Shown here piece by piece: positions 63,438 through 64,000 of a stretch of DNA of 64,000 nt. Positions within the stretch are counted from its first letter, which is position 1, and the number at the start of each line of letters is the position of its first letter. This stretch comes from Squalus acanthias. Lineage: Eukaryota. The notes under the pieces are model-generated. The model saw nothing but the letters and a program-made list of their open reading frames with translations, ran no database searches and was not told the origin of the DNA. Position numbers and translations under genes: made by a program. The stretch lies in contig CM059438.1 of assembly GCA_030390025.1 (NCBI GenBank), positions 66,962,001 through 67,026,000 on the forward strand, written 5' to 3'.

Positions 63438-64000
63438 AGGGGAGAAATTGGCTAACCCCCGAAAACAGACGTGGGGATCGCAATTAACTCACGCCCGTTC
63501 ATTGCGTTGCAGGCAGCCTGTTAAATTGGTGCTGCCTGCTCTTTTAAGTGATTGCTGTGTGCAGCCAGCGTTTCCCACGCTGCTCATTACCTGCATGCTT
63601 CAGCAGGGGGGGGCTTGATATTGCGAGTGGCTAGTGCAACTTAAAGGCAGCCTGCACCTCTTGAAGGGGAGGTGCATTGTGGCTGCAAGAAGTGGTGGGA
63701 GTTTTTTCAAAAGTCAATCTGGGCTTTTATACTTTGAGCAATGGCTGAACATGCGAGAGAGGGAGCACCAAGATTTTTACACAATGCACTGGCGGTCTTG
63801 ATGGAAGCGATGGTGAGAAACAGAGCCATCTGTATCCACAGGCGCAGGAGGCCCTCCAGACAGATGCTCAGGAGCAGTGGGACCAAGTAGCTGCAGAGGT
63901 CAATGCCAGAAGTGTTGGTCCAAGAACATAGATGCAGTGCAGGTAGAAGTTTAATGATCTGTCAAGGTGAGTGAGTTCATCTTCGAATGGCACATGCTAC
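63438..64000 (+). mobile_element. End of a second, older Harbinger element with degenerate Myb/SANT exon 1 (63741-63966), running off the window
   Basis: TIR-like AGGGGAGAAATTGG; MAEHAREGAPRF..AL..L, WDQVAAEVNA..RT*MQCR*KFNDL, followed by a GTGAGT donor. Confidence 0.8.

Overview
Eukaryotic, repeat-dense intronic or intergenic DNA with no intact host ORF. The repeat repertoire (many CR1-type LINEs with microsatellite tails, L2 tails, tRNA-derived SINEs, Penelope-like elements, PIF/Harbinger transposons) suggests a cartilaginous fish; this is inference. Main content: (1) one full-length but pseudogenised two-gene Harbinger transposon (38058-42210; DDE transposase + spliced Myb/SANT gene), two internal-deletion derivatives of it, and several further Harbinger-type MITEs, most nested in retroelements; (2) a Penelope-like (PLE) RT fragment and five short PLE-tail insertions related to minimal hammerhead ribozymes: one has an intact core (58621-58662, minus), one is a 72-bp-arm hairpin, and one begins exactly at the predicted self-cleavage site; (3) a 3.4-kb hAT-type element holding a G-rich 32-bp minisatellite and an LTR-like insert; (4) solo LTRs; (5) a CR1 insertion that captured an inverted copy of DNA lying 2 kb away; (6) an LF-SINE-like relic and a few candidate microexons. 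Nearly all long ORFs in the track come from transposons or repeats. Family names come from motif recognition by eye, not database searches, and the ends of old elements are approximate.
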